DNA from: Candidatus Hydrogenedentota bacterium
GTDB lineage: Bacteria; Hydrogenedentota; Hydrogenedentia; Hydrogenedentales; SLHB01
Assembly: GCA_963674865.2 (NCBI GenBank)
Contig: CAXXYE010000004.1
Coordinates: forward strand, 160,001-224,000
Direction of reading: 5' to 3'
DNA: 64,000 nt
Shown here one piece after another: positions 60,812-64,000 of the stretch. The position numbers and the translations under genes are program-made. Within the stretch, counting starts at the first letter, position 1. Each line of letters starts with the position of its first letter. A model generated the notes under the pieces. The model searched no databases and had not been told where the DNA came from. It saw nothing but the letters and a program-made list of their open reading frames with translations.

Positions 60812-60841
60812 ATTGTAAGAGATCAAACGATAATAAGTCAA
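60812..60841 (-). promoter_or_regulatory. Putative sigma70 promoter for the TPR gene
   Basis: Minus strand TTGACT-N18-TACAAT. Confidence 0.55.
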
Positions 60842-61001
60842 GCGGAAAGGCTGATGCCCGAGCGTGCGGCGCTTGGTTAGGAGAATCGAGGTTATTCCAT
60901 CGAGTGAGTTCGCCGTAGGAAGTGCCAAGCCGCAACTGTATGCGGTTCAATGCCTTGACCTCCGGAATGGCTGCCCAAACCACGGGCGAAGGGCTCATCC
61001 C

Positions 61002-61030
61002 TTGCTTCGATGCGCGGCCACCGATATAAT
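61002..61030 (+). promoter_or_regulatory. Putative sigma70 promoter for the YfhO-like gene
   Basis: TTGCTT-N17-TATAAT, ending 9 nt before ATG 61040. Confidence 0.5.
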
Positions 61031-61039
61031 CCGCCCGGC

Positions 61040-63385
61040 ATGCAGGTGAAGTATCCCAAAATGACTTGGCGCGAAGTAGGGCTGCAGGCGCTCTTGCTCC
61101 TGTTGTTGCTTGTCTGCGTCTTTCCCACCACCTTCTTCCGCGGCGAGATGATCGCCCCCGGGGAGATCATGTACGAGATTCCCCCGTGGATGTACTACGG
61201 CCCCGATGAGATCGAGCGGACAGCCCGCCTGTGCCTCGACGCGCTCACTGCGATGAACGCCTTTTATGTGCTGGCGGAACGCTCCATCGAGCAGGGGGAG
61301 TGGCCGCTGTGGAATTCGATGGAGATGGCGGGGATGCCGCTGCTGGCGAATTGCCAGAGCACGGTGTTCTATCCGCCCCGCCTCGTGCACACGTTTCTTG
61401 AGACATTTCTCGCCCTGACGGTATACATCCTGCTGAAGCTGTGGCTCTGCGGCATGACGGCCTACCTGTGCGGCCGCGGAATAGGACTCAAGAAGCCCAC
61501 GGCGCGCCTCTTCTCGGTGGCGTGGATGCTCAGTGGCTACAATGTCCTCTGGTGCTACTGGCCTCTGCCGGACGTCGCCGCATGGCTGCCGCTGCTTTTC
61601 CTTGGCATCGAGTGGCTTCTCGATGGGCGCTACCGCCGGGGCTTCTGGATGGGCGCCCTCGGCGCGGTGCTCCTCCTCCTCGCGGGCCATCCGGAGACGG
61701 CCTTCACCATGTCCCTCTCCGTGGGTGTGTACTTCTTCCTGCGCCTGATTCTCGAACGCCGCCGCGGACGTGGCCTCTGGATGCCTATCGCCTGCGCGGC
61801 GGGATTCTGGGCGGTAGCCCTCTTGGCCTGCGCCGGGCAGCTCCTGCCCTTCATCGAGTATCTCCGCCACAGCTACAGTTTTGCCCACCGGGCCGTCCGC
61901 GCCCACGACCAGCGCATCTTCTTTGTCTGGACCTCCATCCCGGCCTTCTGGATAGCGCGGATGTTCGGTACTTGGATGCATCAGAACTTCTGGGGCCACT
62001 GGCACTCGAATGTCACCGGGATGATGTACGCCGGCCTCGCCGCCTGGGCCGGCATCGCCTTGCTGCCCGTCAAGAAGGATGACACCCCCGTCATGCGCGT
62101 CCGCATCTACGCGCTGGCGCTCACTATATTCATCTTCCTGCTGACGGCGTTCAACGCCCCTCCGTTCAAATGGGTTCACAAGCTTCCTGTTCTCAATACG
62201 CTCTTCGAGTACTACCACATCGCGTTTGTAGCGTTCGGCGTACCGCTTTTGGGCGCCATCGGCCTGGAGCGCTGGTTTGACAAGCCCCGGAGACTCCGCG
62301 AGACGCTGTGGTTCTTGCCATGGGTTCTTGTTGCGGCGGGGATGGCCTACGGGATCTTTGCTTTCAATTGGAGCTACTTGCGCCGGCTGGGCGCGTTGCC
62401 CTTTGTCCACGTGCAATTCATTGTGGCCGCCGTGTTTGCCGCCCTCACCCTTGGGATCTGCGTGGTGTACTGTTTCTGGCGGCGGCCCAGGCTGCTCATC
62501 CTTCTCCTGACGCTTGTCCTCGCCGCGGACCTCATCGCTTCCTCACGCGGCCTCAAGTCGACTTCCCCCCGCAGTGAACTCTTCTTTGAAACGAAGCTGA
62601 CGAACTTCTTGCTCGAGCGGGAGCAGCCTTGCCGCGTCGCCGTGGGCATGACCACTATCCCCGGGGGACTGATGCCCACGTACGGCATCGAGGATTGGCA
62701 CGGTTACGACGGCATTTATCCCGAACGCATGCGGACTTGGCGCGAACAGCTTGGCACGGACCTCTGGAAGGCCATGGAACCTGCCTGCGCCATCGACTAT
62801 TACCTCAACGATGTGCGCTTCCCCGAACCTCTATTCCCGAGGGACGAGTTGAACACCTTCCATCTCGTTGCCACCTTTGAAGGCACCGAGGTCTACACCA
62901 ATAGCCGCGCTTTCTCGCGGGCCTTCCTGGTGCCCGAGGTGCGCGTTGTCCCCGATCTCGAAGAGATGTTCGAGACAATGCGCGATGAGCGTTTCGACCC
63001 CGCGAGCGTGGTTCTGGTGGAGCGCCCGCCGGAAGGGGAACTGCCCCACGCCACGGCGGCGAACCTGGGCGAAGCCAAGGTGACGCAACGCTCCTTCACG
63101 CATGAAGAAGTCCAGGTAGACGCCGCCGAGGATTGCGCGCTCGTGCTCTCGGAGAGCTTCTATCCCGGCTGGAAAGCCTTCCTCGACGGCGAGCGCGTCG
63201 ATCTGTGGCCCGCCTTCTACACCTACCGCGGCGTCCTCGTTCCTGCGGGCGAGCACACCATCCAGTTCCGCTACGAGCCCCTGTCCTTTTACCTAGGCCT
63301 GTGGACCTCCGCGATCACGCTCCTGGGGAGCATCGTGGCCGTGCTCTGGCAACTGCGGTGCCGCGCGTCATCGGGCGCTGCGTAG
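61040..63385 (+). CDS. YfhO-family multi-TM protein (GT-C glycosyltransferase-like)
   Basis: WPLWN...GMPLLAN...FYP, GHPE, RAFLV, LSESFYPGWKA and GEHTIQFRYEP motifs. Confidence 0.88.
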   Translation: MQVKYPKMTWREVGLQALLLLLLLVCVFPTTFFRGEMIAPGEIMYEIPPWMYYGPDEIERTARLCLDALTAMNAFYVLAERSIEQGEWPLWNSMEMAGMPLLANCQSTVFYPPRLVHTFLETFLALTVYILLKLWLCGMTAYLCGRGIGLKKPTARLFSVAWMLSGYNVLWCYWPLPDVAAWLPLLFLGIEWLLDGRYRRGFWMGALGAVLLLLAGHPETAFTMSLSVGVYFFLRLILERRRGRGLWMPIACAAGFWAVALLACAGQLLPFIEYLRHSYSFAHRAVRAHDQRIFFVWTSIPAFWIARMFGTWMHQNFWGHWHSNVTGMMYAGLAAWAGIALLPVKKDDTPVMRVRIYALALTIFIFLLTAFNAPPFKWVHKLPVLNTLFEYYHIAFVAFGVPLLGAIGLERWFDKPRRLRETLWFLPWVLVAAGMAYGIFAFNWSYLRRLGALPFVHVQFIVAAVFAALTLGICVVYCFWRRPRLLILLLTLVLAADLIASSRGLKSTSPRSELFFETKLTNFLLEREQPCRVAVGMTTIPGGLMPTYGIEDWHGYDGIYPERMRTWREQLGTDLWKAMEPACAIDYYLNDVRFPEPLFPRDELNTFHLVATFEGTEVYTNSRAFSRAFLVPEVRVVPDLEEMFETMRDERFDPASVVLVERPPEGELPHATAANLGEAKVTQRSFTHEEVQVDAAEDCALVLSESFYPGWKAFLDGERVDLWPAFYTYRGVLVPAGEHTIQFRYEPLSFYLGLWTSAITLLGSIVAVLWQLRCRASSGAA

Positions 63386-63426
63386 TCGCTGTCGCCCCGG
63401 AAGAATCCTGACGTTAGGAGTCGGCA

Positions 63427-64000
63427 ATGCATAGGACGTACCCAACAGCAATCGCTATCATCGCGGCCAGCGCTTTCGCGGCCCACGCGGAGACGGCGCT
63501 CAAGGTGATGACGTTCAACATTCGCTGGGCGGAGGCCGAAGACGGCGCCAACAACTGGAGCCACCGCCGCACCATCCTTACCGATGCTGTCCGTGCATAC
63601 GCGCCCGATGTTGTGGGGACGCAGGAGTGCCTCGAATTCCAGGCGGAGTTCATTGCCCAGACGCTTCCCGAATACCGCTGGATCGGCGTCGGATGCGCCG
63701 CCGATGGGACGGACGAGATGCCGGCCATTTTCTACAGGAAGGCCATTCTGTCGCCCATCGAGACAGGCGTTTTCTGGCTATCCGAGACGCCGGAAGTGCC
63801 CGGCTCCAAGTCATGGGAAACGCGATGCATCCGCATGGCCACGTGGGCGCGCTTTCGCCATATTCCCACCGACACGACCTTCTACTACTTCAACACCCAC
63901 TTGGACCACAAGAGCGAAGAGGCTAGGGCGAACGGGGCGAAACTGCTCGTGAAGCGCGCGGCCAAGCTGGCGGGGGATTTCCCTGTCATCGTGACGGGGG
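63427..64000 (+). CDS. Exported endonuclease/exonuclease/phosphatase (EEP) family protein, truncated by the window end
   Basis: Translated by hand from ATG 63427: signal peptide, VMTFNIR, PDVVGTQE, FWLSETP, FNTHLDH, PVIVTG; absent from the ORF track because it has no stop codon in the window. Confidence 0.88.
   Translation, partial: MHRTYPTAIAIIAASAFAAHAETALKVMTFNIRWAEAEDGANNWSHRRTILTDAVRAYAPDVVGTQECLEFQAEFIAQTLPEYRWIGVGCAADGTDEMPAIFYRKAILSPIETGVFWLSETPEVPGSKSWETRCIRMATWARFRHIPTDTTFYYFNTHLDHKSEEARANGAKLLVKRAAKLAGDFPVIVTG

Noticed and set aside
1..64000. CRISPR array, tRNA or rRNA genes
   Set aside because: No regularly spaced repeats or recognisable RNA genes in any intergenic region, by eye

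Overview
GC-rich bacterial chromosomal window. The style of the giant surface protein, the sulfatases and the YfhO-like protein suggests Candidatus Hydrogenedentota or a similar anaerobe; this is inference only. No rRNA, tRNA or CRISPR array was seen. Left to right: (1) a pdxB-like dehydrogenase / LarA-family epimerase / URO-D-family / PPi-PFK cluster; (2) a 5TM-LytS-PAS hybrid kinase; (3) a minus-strand sulfate-ester island (SGNH hydrolase, two sulfotransferases, two sulfatases) showing decay: an in-frame amber codon, a deleted and nonsense-interrupted methyltransferase and a probable frameshift; (4) an aldo/keto reductase and a 2034-aa beta-helix surface protein with a possible sorting signal; (5) an orphan MoxR, a Ser/Thr kinase coupled to a TPR-LysM L,D-transpeptidase, and a DICT-GAF-GGDEF cyclase with a DUF1318 lipoprotein; (6) an intact IS1202-family element (29768-31349, TGT...ACA ends, 16-bp target duplication, structured 3' region); (7) cysC, ptsI and an oxygen-defence cluster (rubredoxin, zwf, desulfoferrodoxin, ferritin, rubrerythrin-like); (8) an EctR-like MarR-ablA-SSS-ablB operon for the osmolyte N-epsilon-acetyl-beta-lysine, with a visible operator; (9) a MoxR/DUF58/Bat operon with an inserted parvulin-like chaperone, running on into glnD and degP; (10) DUF2752, REC-PAS-GGDEF, an AEC transporter, a TPR protein, a YfhO-like protein and a partial EEP-family gene. 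All product calls come from motif recognition by eye, without database searches.
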